From the NCBI GenBank assembly GCA_015272205.1, contig JACYMB010000142.1, positions 2,381 to 66,380 on the forward strand: a DNA stretch of 64,000 nucleotides. Reading direction: 5' to 3'. This stretch comes from Synechococcales cyanobacterium T60_A2020_003. Lineage in GTDB: Bacteria; Cyanobacteriota; Cyanobacteriia; RECH01. Below are positions 36,941-46,776 of the stretch, one piece after another (positions within the stretch are counted from its first letter, which is position 1; the number at the start of each line of letters is the position of its first letter). A program made the position numbers and the translations under genes. The notes below the pieces were generated by a model. It was given only the letters and a program-made list of their open reading frames with translations. It was not told where the DNA came from and ran no database searches.

Positions 36941-37747
36941 TTAGCCAAAACGACCGCTAACGTAGTCCTGGGTGGCTTGCTGGACTGGACTGGTGAAAAT
37001 CTGCTGAGTATTGTCATACTCCACAAGATACCCAACCTTACTGCCCTTTTCAGTTGCTTCGGCATTAAAGAAGGCTGTGTAGTCTGACACTCGCGACGCT
37101 TGCTGCATGTTGTGGGTCACGATGACGATGGTGTATTGCTCTTTGAGTTCTTGCATCAGTTCCTCAACCCGCAGAGTCGAAATCGGGTCTAGCGCTGAAC
37201 ACGGTTCGTCCATCAGGATCACTTCAGGTTCGATGGCGATCGCCCGTGCGATACACAACCGCTGCTGCTGTCCACCCGAGAGCGACAAACCGCTATCCTT
37301 CAGCTTATCTTTCACCTCGTCCCAAATCGCGGCTCGCCGTAGCGAGGTTTCCACCAGCTCATCCATATCGCCCTTATAGCCATTAATGCGGGCACCAAAG
37401 GCAATATTTTCATAAATCGACTTTGGAAACGGATTCGGTTTCTGAAACACCATGCCAATGCGACGTCGAACCTCAACTGGATCAATGTCTTTTCCGTACA
37501 AGTCTCTACCGTGGAATGTTACTCTACCATCCACTCGTGCACCTGGAATCAAATCATTAGTACGGTTAAAGCAACGGAGCACGGTGCTCTTACCACACCC
37601 AGAAGGGCCAATAAATGCGACAATCTTCTGCGGTGGGATATCCAATGAGACATCTCGAACTGCTAAGTTAGATTCATAATAAACTTGCAGATTTTTTGTG
37701 CGAAGAATAGCTTCGGTAATCGTAGAATTAGCCGTATCAGAAACCAT
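36941..37747 (-). CDS. pstB: Phosphate ABC transporter ATP-binding protein
   Basis: Walker [10 protein letters not shown], signature LSGGQQQRL, Walker B ILMDEP, and a PstB-typical length and C-terminus. Confidence 0.9.
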   Translation of the reverse strand: MVSDTANSTITEAILRTKNLQVYYESNLAVRDVSLDIPPQKIVAFIGPSGCGKSTVLRCFNRTNDLIPGARVDGRVTFHGRDLYGKDIDPVEVRRRIGMVFQKPNPFPKSIYENIAFGARINGYKGDMDELVETSLRRAAIWDEVKDKLKDSGLSLSGGQQQRLCIARAIAIEPEVILMDEPCSALDPISTLRVEELMQELKEQYTIVIVTHNMQQASRVSDYTAFFNAEATEKGSKVGYLVEYDNTQQIFTSPVQQATQDYVSGRFG

Positions 37748-37832
37748 GGTTGCATCTCTCTAAATCAACAGAATAATCAAACTTCAATCCCATCATGTAC
37801 GTTTCACGGAATCCGCATTCTCACAAAGAAAT

Positions 37833-38753
37833 CTAACGAACTTTTTGCAACCGATTCCGTAAAAAAATCGCGACCGAGTTCATCAGCAATAGCATAACGA
37901 GGAGTACGATAATGCCCGCTGCTGCAAGCTCATGAAATTCTTTCTGAGGACGGGCAATCCAGTTATAAACCTGAATTGGCAGTGCTGTAAATGCATCGAA
38001 TGGCCCGTCTGGTAAAAAGGCGATAAATGTTAATGCTCCGATGGTAATGAGCGGAGCTGTTTCACCAATTGCTCGTGAAAGAGCCAGAATTGTTCCCGTC
38101 AGGATTCCAGGCAAAGCCTGAGGCAAAATATGCTCGCGCACCACTTGCCAACGAGTTGCTCCTAGGGCAAATCCTGCTTGTCTTAGACTATCTGGAACAG
38201 ATCGTAAAGCTTCACGAGTGGCCACAATCACAATGGGAAGCACCAGAAGAGCAAGAGTCAACCCTCCAGACAAAATACTGCGCCCTCCAGTCAAAGGCTC
38301 CATCAAACGTACAAACGCAGCTAAGCCCAAAAGCCCATAAATGATCGATGGAACGCCAGCTAAGTTAGAAATATTGATTTCCACAATATTTTCCCAGAAG
38401 CTGTCTTTAACGAACTCCTCGAGAAATATACCTGCACCAATGCCAATTGGAAACGCGAACAATGCCACAATTCCAATAAGCCAAATCGAACCAACCAAAG
38501 CAGATAACAAACCTGCATCATCAGGACGGCGCGACGGAAATGAAGTCAGGAAATTCCAATTGAGGCGGTGAGCACCATCCATAAAAATATCGATGAGCAG
38601 CCACGCTAGAACTAGTAAACCGATCCAGGTGCAAACCAATGCCAGAGCGGCAAACACAGCATCTCGTTTATATCGCCCCGCTAAATTTGGGACAAAGATC
38701 TCTTCACTTGGCAAGCGATCGCCATACATGGACTGAGGGTCTTGAACAGTCAT
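37833..38753 (-). CDS. pstA: Phosphate ABC transporter permease PstA
   Basis: Polytopic permease with an EAA-loop-like [10 protein letters not shown] motif. Its start overlaps the pstC stop (TAATG). Confidence 0.85.
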   Translation of the reverse strand: MTVQDPQSMYGDRLPSEEIFVPNLAGRYKRDAVFAALALVCTWIGLLVLAWLLIDIFMDGAHRLNWNFLTSFPSRRPDDAGLLSALVGSIWLIGIVALFAFPIGIGAGIFLEEFVKDSFWENIVEINISNLAGVPSIIYGLLGLAAFVRLMEPLTGGRSILSGGLTLALLVLPIVIVATREALRSVPDSLRQAGFALGATRWQVVREHILPQALPGILTGTILALSRAIGETAPLITIGALTFIAFLPDGPFDAFTALPIQVYNWIARPQKEFHELAAAGIIVLLVMLLLMNSVAIFLRNRLQKVR

Positions 38754-39694
38754 TAGTCGTACTTCTCCCGGAAACGACGGACAAACCAGAAGCTAAATAG
38801 GTTGAGCACTAACGTAATTAAGAATAGTGTCATACCTACAACAAAGATAGTTTTGTATGCAAGAGAGCCTGCTGGCGTATCCCCTAAGCTAACCTGCACA
38901 ATGAACGACGTCATGGTTTGAACAGGTACCAACGGATTAAGGCCTAGTCGAGGATTTTGCCCTGCGGCCAGGGTCACAATCATCGTTTCTCCGATCGCCC
39001 GCGATACAGCCAAAATGAACGAAGCTACAATTCCTGACAGCGCCGCAGGGATTACTACAGCGGTAATGGTTTCTCGCTTCGTTGCGCCAAGAGCATAGGA
39101 ACCATCGCGTAAACTCTGAGGCACTGAGTAAATGGCATCCTCACTTAATGAAGCCACTAACGGAATGATAGAAACGCCGAGAATCAAACCTGCACTGAGC
39201 GCGTTAAATCCTTGTAACCCAGGAACAAACGTTTGCAAGACCGGGGTTACTGTTAACAATGCGAAGTAACCAAAGACAACCGTTGGAATTCCAGCCAGAA
39301 TTTCTAAAGCGGGCTTTAGGCGCTTTCGAGTATTAGAACCAGCATATTCACTCAGATAAATCGCAGCCATTAAACCGAGCGGAAGCGCCACTAAAATCGC
39401 AATTAACGTGGTCATAATCGTGGCACTCAGAAGCACGAAAATACCGAACTGCTGATTGCTAAACAACGGCGTCCACTGCCGATCCGTCAGAAACTGCCAC
39501 AGGGGAACAACCTTAAAGAACTTGATGGTCTCAAAAATTAGGGTTAATACAATACCGATAGTGGTAATGACAGAAAGAAAGGCAAAAGCACCGAAAATGA
39601 TCTTGACGAGCATCTCAATACTCTTACTTAGTTGCCGATTGGGCTGCCAGAGGGATGACCGCTCTGTTTGAAAAGAGGGCAAATCACTTGTCAT
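38753..39694 (-). CDS. pstC: Phosphate ABC transporter permease PstC
   Basis: Polytopic permease with [13 protein letters not shown]. Positioned between pstS and pstA. Confidence 0.85.
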   Translation of the reverse strand: MTSDLPSFQTERSSLWQPNRQLSKSIEMLVKIIFGAFAFLSVITTIGIVLTLIFETIKFFKVVPLWQFLTDRQWTPLFSNQQFGIFVLLSATIMTTLIAILVALPLGLMAAIYLSEYAGSNTRKRLKPALEILAGIPTVVFGYFALLTVTPVLQTFVPGLQGFNALSAGLILGVSIIPLVASLSEDAIYSVPQSLRDGSYALGATKRETITAVVIPAALSGIVASFILAVSRAIGETMIVTLAAGQNPRLGLNPLVPVQTMTSFIVQVSLGDTPAGSLAYKTIFVVGMTLFLITLVLNLFSFWFVRRFREKYD

Positions 39695-39849
39695 GGTGAA
39701 AAACTAGGTGAGAGAGAGCATTAAGTGAAACGTTATACAATCAGTGAAATCAAAGCGGCTGTAGAGGCACGAACAGAATCTTAGATGCACCACAGCCGCT
39801 CAGGCTCAACCTAGAGAAATCAAAACCCTCTAGATTGAAGATGATCTCG

Positions 39850-40908
39850 TTACTCCTTACTCAGTAGCTCAGACAGCTTTAGGCCGACAGCAGAACCACC
39901 CTCAAATACGCTACCCACTCTGCGCTCATCAAGCCGCACTGCAGTAAGCTTCTGAATGTCGGCAGGCAGAGGAACATATCCAGTTTCTGCTACTAGATTT
40001 GCATTATCTGGATCAATCTGATACCGAGCAAAGGCTTCCACTGCTGGATTGTCCAAAGATGTTGCCTTCACGTAAAAGAATTCTGGGCGAGACAGTGGCT
40101 GGTAGGAGCCATCAGCAATAGTCTCTTCACTTGGAGCAACGCATCCGTTCCCCCCATCTACCTCAACTAATTTCAGTTGATCCTGGTTTTCAGAATAGTA
40201 GGCGAAACCAAAATACCCTAAGCTATTTGGATCGCTCGCCACCCCTTGAACAATCACGTTGTCATCTTCACTAGCGGTATAGTCACCACGGCTTGCTGAT
40301 TCTTCTCCTACAATGGCAGCCGTGAAGTAATCGAAGGTTCCAGAATCTGTACCGGCACCGTAGAGTGCCAAAGGCTGGTCAGGAAAATCGGGTCGAATTT
40401 GATTCCAATTGGTAATGGTTCCTTGCGCAGCAGGCTCCCACATTGTCTTTAACTCTTCAACCGTCAGACATTGCGCAAAGTCATTTCCAGGATTAACTAC
40501 CACGGAAAGACCATCAAACGCAATCGGAATCTCGACATACTCAATGCCATTCTGTTTACACAGCTCAATTTCCTCTTGCTTAATCGGACGAGACGCATTG
40601 GAAATATCGGTTTCACCTGCACAGAATTTTTTGAAACCGCCACCCGTACCAGATACACCGACTGTGACGCGAACGCCGGGGTTTTTTGCCATAAACTCTT
40701 CAGCCATGGCTTCGGAAATTGGAAAGACCGTGCTGGAACCATCGACCAGGACACTCCCGGTCAGATCAGACGCCGCAGGATTCGTTGCGCCATCAGTATC
40801 GCTGGTTGCGGTATCCGTTGCGCCGCCACCACAGGCAGTCGCACCAAAAGCGAGAGCCACTAAAGATGTCCAAAGGATTTTTTGCTTTGCGCTTGCTTGA
40901 AAACTCAT
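39850..40908 (-). CDS. pstS: Phosphate-binding lipoprotein PstS
   Basis: Periplasmic phosphate-binding protein pattern (GSSTVFPI..., GTGGGFKKF). Lipobox FGATAC. I prefer the ATG at 40908 over the TTG at 40941. Confidence 0.85.
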   Translation of the reverse strand: MSFQASAKQKILWTSLVALAFGATACGGGATDTATSDTDGATNPAASDLTGSVLVDGSSTVFPISEAMAEEFMAKNPGVRVTVGVSGTGGGFKKFCAGETDISNASRPIKQEEIELCKQNGIEYVEIPIAFDGLSVVVNPGNDFAQCLTVEELKTMWEPAAQGTITNWNQIRPDFPDQPLALYGAGTDSGTFDYFTAAIVGEESASRGDYTASEDDNVIVQGVASDPNSLGYFGFAYYSENQDQLKLVEVDGGNGCVAPSEETIADGSYQPLSRPEFFYVKATSLDNPAVEAFARYQIDPDNANLVAETGYVPLPADIQKLTAVRLDERRVGSVFEGGSAVGLKLSELLSKE

Positions 40909-40957
40909 GGGTTTGTTCTGATTTTTTACATCATGTCGCAAGCATCGTACTGTGTGG

Positions 40958-40988
40958 GCGTGAAGATGAGGTTAACAAAAATGTTAAC
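40958..40988 (-). promoter_or_regulatory. Candidate Pho box (three direct repeats) upstream of pstS
   Basis: Minus strand reads GTTAACAT-tttt-GTTAACCT-cat-CTTCACGC, with repeat starts 12 and 11 nt apart. A TACGAT -10-like hexamer (40944-40949) follows 8 nt downstream. This resembles the PyTTAAPyPy(T/A) tandem Pho boxes described for cyanobacteria, but the spacing and first base are imperfect. Confidence 0.3.
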
Positions 40989-41170
40989 AGAGTATTATCT
41001 CTTGTAAGATAAAAATTAAAAAATGCGGATTTGCAACGTCTAAGCAACAAAAGTTGATATAAGCTTCCAGTCTAAAGCTTTTCCTCAAAGGCAATTTGAT
41101 GGATAAGTGAAATCATCTATCAATTAAATTAATTGCTGTATTAAAGACTAAGTAGGTGACCCTAATTAAA

Positions 41171-41249
41171 CGTAGGATGTGTTAGGTGTAGCCGTAACGC
41201 ATCAAATCCTTTGACAGCATGGGTTACGCTATCGCTAACCCATCCTACG
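41171..41249. repeat. Long imperfect hairpin repeat, family C
   Basis: The arms cgtaggatgtgttag...ctaacccatcctacg match at 14 of 15 positions, and the inner arms are ..tagccgtaacgcat.. / ..atgggttacgcta... The 'gcgtaacc' core recurs at 3913 and 4238. Confidence 0.55.
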
Positions 41250-41390
41250 AAGAGCTTTGTTTATTTACGACTATCTACTTACTTTTTTTGATTGTTTCCT
41301 GAAAAAGGAAACGCGATCGCCCTCCTCCTCACAACAACGGGTTAACCTCTTTAGACTGAAGAGAGCAAGCTATGAGTCGAGCGGAACGGT

Positions 41391-41804
41391 ATGACGTACT
41401 ACGTAATCTACGACGGAAACTGTAATCTGTGTGTGACGCTGGTCAGATTGCTTGAATCCCTCGATCGGGGCGATCGCTTCCAGTATGCGCCGATGCAGGA
41501 TCAGCCTGTGCTGGAACAGTTTGGCATCACCGCCGCCGATTGCGAGTTGGGCATGCTGCTAATCAATGCCGACAATCCAACAGAGCGCTGGCAGGGTAGC
41601 AACGCCGCCGAAGAAATTGGCCGACGGTTGCCCGCAGGGGATTTGTTTGTGCAGGCGTATCGGGCAATCCCAGGGGTGAAATGGACGGGCGATCGCCTGT
41701 ATGAACAAGTGCGCGATCATCGGTACGAGATCTTTGGTCAGCGCAGGGATACCTATTGGTCGCAGCATCCGATTTGTGGGGATGGGTGTCGCGTGAGGGA
41801 GTGA
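41391..41804 (+). CDS. DCC-family thiol-disulfide oxidoreductase (DUF393)
   Basis: N-terminal YDGNCNLC motif and a typical length. Confidence 0.75.
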   Translation: MTYYVIYDGNCNLCVTLVRLLESLDRGDRFQYAPMQDQPVLEQFGITAADCELGMLLINADNPTERWQGSNAAEEIGRRLPAGDLFVQAYRAIPGVKWTGDRLYEQVRDHRYEIFGQRRDTYWSQHPICGDGCRVRE

Positions 41805-41971
41805 TGGGGTGATGGGATAGAGTTTTGAGTCTTGAGTCTTGGGGGGATGGGGTTTGTTAGGAAAACTTTAGGTTTTTGGGTAGAAACTGTCCTGACTGGA
41901 TGGGCGATCGCCCGTGAGAAGGGGTCAGCAGGATTGCTGCTCAAGTCCGTTAGTCGTCAGTACGATGATCC

Positions 41972-43081
41972 ATGAGTGAATTGTTGTGGACGTTGAGCCT
42001 CGTTGCTCAAAAACATCTCGCCCAAGCGCCGACGGTTTCCCCCTCGCTAGATCTGAATGGGGTTGATGCTGAGATGGCGATCGCCCGTCAGAATGGTGTG
42101 AATCTTGTGCAGGGCATGGAAGGTACTCCGGTGGAGTCTGTTTCTCCAGAGTTTAGCGTCCTTCCTCCGCAGGTGATGCCTAGCGACACCGCTTACAAGA
42201 TGGGCGATCGCTCAATAGCCCCAGCGAACTCACCGTCCATGCTTGAGAAAACTCCCAAAGCCATTCCCCCCATTGATAGCGCGGATCTTGCTTCGACCTA
42301 CTTTCAAGTGCCGTCGATGGTGTCTAGCACAATGCCGTTCCCAGAATTTCTAGAAACGGGAAGCAGTCCCTCGGTACGTCCGATGTCGGGTAGCCAACTC
42401 TACGCCCAGCGACTGGAAGCCCTGCGTAACGGTCAGACGTATACCCGTCTGCCACCAAATAGTTTTCAGAACGTGTGGCAAGACGCTACCTATCATCCCC
42501 AATATGAGGATTGGTTAGCCCTGCTGAAACGGGAAGCAGACGCGATGGCATGGGGGCAGGGCAGCAATCGCTTGACGGTGATTCTGGGTGATTCCCTCAG
42601 CCAGTGGTTTCCGAATGACCAATTACCGCACGATCGCTTTTGGCTCAATCAGGGCATTTCGGGGGATACCTCGGCGGGAGTGCTGCGGCGTCTGAGTCTG
42701 TTTGACGGGACGAATCCCGATGTGATCTATGTGATGGTGGGGATTAATGACCTCCGGGCTGGGGCAACCGATGCAGAGGTGCTGTCCAATCTTCAGCAAA
42801 TCATGCATGAACTGCGCCAACGCCACCCCGATGCTCAGGTTTATGTTTACTCCTTGCTACCCACTCGCCTCCCTACTATTCCCAACGAACGGATTACAGC
42901 CTTGAACCAGGCGATCGCCCAAACCGCCCAACGCGAAAACGTCGCCTACCTCGATTTGCAGACGACGTTTGCGGATGATGAGGGCAACCTTCGCCTAGAC
43001 TTAACAACCGATGGCCTCCATCTCAGTCGCTCTGGCTATGCGATGTGGCAATCGGCGTTGCGATGGTTCCAGTTGACCTAA
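41972..43081 (+). CDS. SGNH/GDSL hydrolase with a ~190-aa N-terminal extension
   Basis: Blocks ILGDSLSQWF, GISGDTS, VMVGINDL and DGLHLS sit in the C-terminal half. Confidence 0.7.
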   Translation: MSELLWTLSLVAQKHLAQAPTVSPSLDLNGVDAEMAIARQNGVNLVQGMEGTPVESVSPEFSVLPPQVMPSDTAYKMGDRSIAPANSPSMLEKTPKAIPPIDSADLASTYFQVPSMVSSTMPFPEFLETGSSPSVRPMSGSQLYAQRLEALRNGQTYTRLPPNSFQNVWQDATYHPQYEDWLALLKREADAMAWGQGSNRLTVILGDSLSQWFPNDQLPHDRFWLNQGISGDTSAGVLRRLSLFDGTNPDVIYVMVGINDLRAGATDAEVLSNLQQIMHELRQRHPDAQVYVYSLLPTRLPTIPNERITALNQAIAQTAQRENVAYLDLQTTFADDEGNLRLDLTTDGLHLSRSGYAMWQSALRWFQLT

Positions 43082-45183
43082 GCTGCTGCTAAGAGGCCGT
43101 TATGACGAAGCAACGGTTCTGTGTCGGGTTCGCGTCCCCGGAACGCCTTGAACACCGTCATTGGATGCTGACTTCCCCCCAGGGCTAGCACCGTATCCCG
43201 GAAGCGGTGGCCGACTTGGGCGATCGCCTGTTCGTCTTCCAGTCCGGCTTCTTCAAAAGCGGCAAAGGCATCCGCACTCAGCACCTCGGCCCACTTATAG
43301 CTGTAATAGCCTGCGGCATAGCCGCCCGCAAAGATATGGCCGAACGCGCACAGAAACGCATCTTCGGGCAAGGGCGGCATCACCATCGTGGTCTGGGCAA
43401 GGCGATCGCGCACGTCCTCCGGAGTTTCCGAACCGTCGGGGTTATAGCGGGAATGGAGTTCAATATCCAGCAAGCTAAAGTGCAGTTGCCGCAGCATGGC
43501 GCTACCGCTCATGTAGGTGCGGGCTGCCAGCAACTTTTGATAGTAGTGTTCGGGTAAAGGCTCTCCGGTTTCATAATGGCGACCCAAACCGAGCAGGGTG
43601 GCACGGTGATAGCACCAGTTTTCCATGAACTGACTCGGTAACTCGACCGCATCCCACTCCACGTTGCTGATGCCTGCCGCTTCGGGATAATCCACCTGGG
43701 TCAGCATGTGCTGCAGACCGTGACCGAATTCGTGGAACAGGGTTTCGACTTCGTTGAAGGTCATCAGGCTCGGCTTATCGTCTACGGGAGGAGTTTGATT
43801 GCAAACGAGATAGGCCACTGGTAGCCGTACCGTCGTGCCATCCTCAGACACGAACTTGCCCCGCTGCACACACATATCCATCCAGGCACCGCCGCGCTTC
43901 TCTGCTGGACGGCTGTAGGCATCAAGATAGAAGTAGGCGATCGCCGCTCCTGATTCATCGGCTACTTTGAAGTAGCGCACATCGGGATGCCAAACGGGAG
44001 CCTGTCCATCGGCAGGAGAAATAGAAACGCCAAACAGCCGATGCGCTAACTCAAACAGCCCATTCAACACCTGATCCAGTGGAAAATAGGGGCGCAGTTC
44101 CTCGCTGTTGAACGCAAACTTTTCTTCCCGCTGCCGCTCTGACCAAAAGCTCACATCCCAATGCTTGAGATCATCCCCCGCACCGGGCTGCTTTTGATTG
44201 GCATAATCGCGCAGAGTGTCGAGTTCAGCCAAGGCCGCACCGTAGCTCACCTGCCGCAGCGATTCCATCAAATCTTCAACCGCTTGGACATTCGGAGCCA
44301 TCTTGCTGGCAAGGCTCAACTCCGCGAAATTATCAAATCCGAGTAACGCGGCTTTCTCGTTCCGCAATTTTAAGATGCGCTGAATCAGGGGACGGTTGCT
44401 CGTGTCTCCGCTAGACGCACGGCTAACAAAAGCCTTGTACAGTTTTTCGCGCAGTTCCCGCTGCTGACTGTGCTGCATAAAGGGCACGTAGCTAGGGTAA
44501 TCCAGAGTAATGCGCCAGGGGCCATTTTCGGGTGTAGCGTCTTCATGGCCTTCGGCACGGGCACTTTGCGCCGCTAGGGAAAGGAGGCTAGGGGGCAGTC
44601 CCGCTACATCGTCAGGGTCGGTGAGCAGGATACTAAAGGCTTTGGTGGCGTCTAGAACGTGGTTGGAAAACTGGGTGGAAAGTTCGGCAAGTTCAAGCTG
44701 AATTTCGTTGAACCGCTCCTTTTCAGCTCCCTCAAGCCCCACACCCGAAAATTCCGCATCCCGAAGGGCGGTTTCCACAATGCGATGTTGCGCTTCGTCT
44801 AACTGATGCCATTGCTCACCCTCGCGCAGGGCTTTGAATCCGTCATAAATGGGCTTGCTTTGGCTAAGACGATTAGAAAATTTAACCAGTTCAGGCTCAA
44901 CCGCTTCGTAGGCACTGCGGAGTTCATCGCTATTTTTGACGCCCATCAAATGACCAATGATGCTCCACGTCCACGATAGACGTTCGCTGATGGCATTCAA
45001 TGGCTCAACTAAGCCCGTCCAGGTTGGGTTGAGGGTCGCTTCTAAGGACGTAAGCTGATCTTCCAGATCAGATAACAGTTGCTGAACCGCAGGCACAATA
45101 TGCTGGGGCTGGATCTGTTCAAAGGGAGGTAACCCCTGACCCACCAAAAGCGGATTTTCAAGCGCAGTTACAGATGAACTCAT
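43078..45183 (-). CDS. prlC: M3-family oligopeptidase A
   Basis: Zinc motif HEFGHGLQH and a length of about 700 aa. Confidence 0.85.
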   Translation of the reverse strand: MSSSVTALENPLLVGQGLPPFEQIQPQHIVPAVQQLLSDLEDQLTSLEATLNPTWTGLVEPLNAISERLSWTWSIIGHLMGVKNSDELRSAYEAVEPELVKFSNRLSQSKPIYDGFKALREGEQWHQLDEAQHRIVETALRDAEFSGVGLEGAEKERFNEIQLELAELSTQFSNHVLDATKAFSILLTDPDDVAGLPPSLLSLAAQSARAEGHEDATPENGPWRITLDYPSYVPFMQHSQQRELREKLYKAFVSRASSGDTSNRPLIQRILKLRNEKAALLGFDNFAELSLASKMAPNVQAVEDLMESLRQVSYGAALAELDTLRDYANQKQPGAGDDLKHWDVSFWSERQREEKFAFNSEELRPYFPLDQVLNGLFELAHRLFGVSISPADGQAPVWHPDVRYFKVADESGAAIAYFYLDAYSRPAEKRGGAWMDMCVQRGKFVSEDGTTVRLPVAYLVCNQTPPVDDKPSLMTFNEVETLFHEFGHGLQHMLTQVDYPEAAGISNVEWDAVELPSQFMENWCYHRATLLGLGRHYETGEPLPEHYYQKLLAARTYMSGSAMLRQLHFSLLDIELHSRYNPDGSETPEDVRDRLAQTTMVMPPLPEDAFLCAFGHIFAGGYAAGYYSYKWAEVLSADAFAAFEEAGLEDEQAIAQVGHRFRDTVLALGGSQHPMTVFKAFRGREPDTEPLLRHNGLLAAA

Positions 45184-45266
45184 AAATTCTTGTAATTAGA
45201 CTGGATTGGAATTTAGCACTACGTTTCAGTCTAGCGAGAATCCCTGTAGCTTGCCGATGCGACAGC

Positions 45267-45626
45267 TTAGGATCGGGCGTCCAGCATCGTGCGAATGTGG
45301 CGTAATTCGCTCAGGATTTCTTTCAGGAGGCGGTGGGTTACCGTTTCTGCCGATTCGCGCACTTCAATGGTGATGTGCTTAATCCCTAATACGTCTTGGG
45401 CAAAGCGGGCGACTTCATTGGGGTGAAACACGATGGGTTCGTCTTTATGGGTGCGGAATTCTGGATTGAGCCGAGTGGGGTCGTAATCAGGATTTAGATG
45501 CTCTGGATCAGTGTTGGCATAGCGGTACACCGAGGCGCGCGATCGCCCCAAGGCTTTTTGCACATCGTCTACGGTCATTAACCCATTGTGAGCAGTAACA
45601 GTTTCAGGATTCATGCGTTCGTACAA
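45267..45626 (-). CDS. Small helix-turn-helix DNA-binding protein
   Basis: 119 aa. The segment MTVDDVQKALGRSRASVYRYANT looks like an excisionase/MerR-type HTH. Confidence 0.5.
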   Translation of the reverse strand: MYERMNPETVTAHNGLMTVDDVQKALGRSRASVYRYANTDPEHLNPDYDPTRLNPEFRTHKDEPIVFHPNEVARFAQDVLGIKHITIEVRESAETVTHRLLKEILSELRHIRTMLDARS

Positions 45627-46084
45627 GAGGAGTCTAGGGAATAGAAGAGAGGCAAAAGATAGGATTCAACCATGACAGTGGTTTGCAATCTGAGGGTAGA
45701 TGATGGGCGATCGCGTCTAGGCACGGGGGGGAGCGATCGCCCGTTCTGTCATCTAAACCTGGCGTTGCCAAATGCCCAAACCACTTATCAGAAAATTTAT
45801 CAGTAGTATTGTAGAAGGTTGTTGCCGCGTTCGAGGTGTTGTCCACATCACTGTAGAAGGCAACGGAAATACCATAGCTTTTCCCGTACCTTGGCAAAAC
45901 GCAGATGGGAACAGAGCCATTCACCAGTTAGAGGGACGTTTAATCTACACGATGCCTTGTAAAATCATCCTGAATCACTCAAACCGATAGTACATTCCCC
46001 TGATCGCTTTTCTACATCCCGTTTAGAAAAACGCTATACAATGGCTCAGAATTGCTCACCAATGGTCTGTTTGGATAACAATCC

Positions 46085-46654
46085 ATGAAACAATCCGAAT
46101 CCGATCACCCGAAGGCAGAATCCACCAATGAGCTGCTGGAGTGGTTTAAAACCTTGGGTATAGCGCTAGTTGCTGCTATTGGAATTCGCACCTTTATCGC
46201 CCAAGCCTTCCATATTCCCTCCGAATCGATGGTTCCCACCCTCGAAGTGGGCGATCGCCTGATTGTGTTTAAGCCAAGCTACCTGTTTAGCGAACCCAGT
46301 ACAGGCGACATCATCGTTTTTGAAGCTCCTCCCAGTGCGGTCAAAGCGTGTAATTTACCTAACGGTCAAACCAGCGATTTTATTAAACGTGTCATTGGTA
46401 CACCGGGTGAGCAGGTTGCGGTTAGCGGTGGCCAAACCTTTATCAACGGTGCCGTCGATGCCGAACCCTACCTTGCCGAGGCACCCAACTATCAACTTCC
46501 CACCGTCACCGTGCCCCCCAACTCACTCCTAGTACTCGGCGACAACCGCAACAATAGCTGCGACGGCCACGTTTGGGGCTTCTTGCCGGAGGATCGCATC
46601 GTGGGACGGGCGGTTTTCCGCTATTGGCCACCCAACCGGATTGGCCCGCTGTAG
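46085..46654 (+). CDS. lepB: Signal peptidase I
   Basis: Catalytic boxes IPSESMVPTL, GDRLIV, IKRVIG and GDNRNNSCDGHVWGFL. Confidence 0.85.
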   Translation: MKQSESDHPKAESTNELLEWFKTLGIALVAAIGIRTFIAQAFHIPSESMVPTLEVGDRLIVFKPSYLFSEPSTGDIIVFEAPPSAVKACNLPNGQTSDFIKRVIGTPGEQVAVSGGQTFINGAVDAEPYLAEAPNYQLPTVTVPPNSLLVLGDNRNNSCDGHVWGFLPEDRIVGRAVFRYWPPNRIGPL

Positions 46655-46681
46655 ACCAACTGTAGATAAGTTGTAGACAAC
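46649..46681 (+). repeat. Three tandem 11-bp direct repeats (YTGTAGAYMAN)
   Basis: ctgtagaccaa / ctgtagataag / ttgtagacaac. The first unit contains the lepB stop codon. The array lies about 95 nt upstream of the next ORF. Confidence 0.6.
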
Positions 46682-46776
46682 GCAAAGTTGCTTTGCTATA
46701 CCTCCTCCGTCACCTGCGACTACCATAGGGACAGACCACCCTAGGGAAATGAATCTAATCTTGCAGTTTTTTTACT

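Noticed and set aside
41294-41340. Yfr1-like arrangement: stem-loop gtttcc-tgaaaaa-ggaaac followed by a single-stranded cctcctcctcacaacaac, resembling the Yfr1 core ACUCCUCACAC.
   Set aside because: The core is not an exact match. The second hairpin is weak (5 bp), and no U-tail terminator follows. The stretch lies 50 nt upstream of the DCC-family gene and may simply be its leader.
41800-41890. Short tandem direct repeats (gtgatggg x2, gagtcttg x2) after the DCC-family gene, checked as a possible CRISPR or minisatellite.
   Set aside because: Each unit occurs only twice and is 8 bp long, with no spacer-repeat architecture. No CRISPR-like array exists anywhere in the window.
43078-43081. Convergent genes sharing overlapping stop codons (CTAA: TAA for the SGNH hydrolase, TAG for prlC). 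A similar 2-nt gap exists between convergent genes at 14645/14648.
   Set aside because: This is real but commonplace in compact genomes, and no functional implication can be supported.
45634-45990. Two overlapping ORFs (96 aa on the minus strand, 72 aa on the plus strand) in the HTH-lepB intergenic region.
   Set aside because: They overlap each other on opposite strands, carry no motifs, and span the inverted and direct repeats described above.
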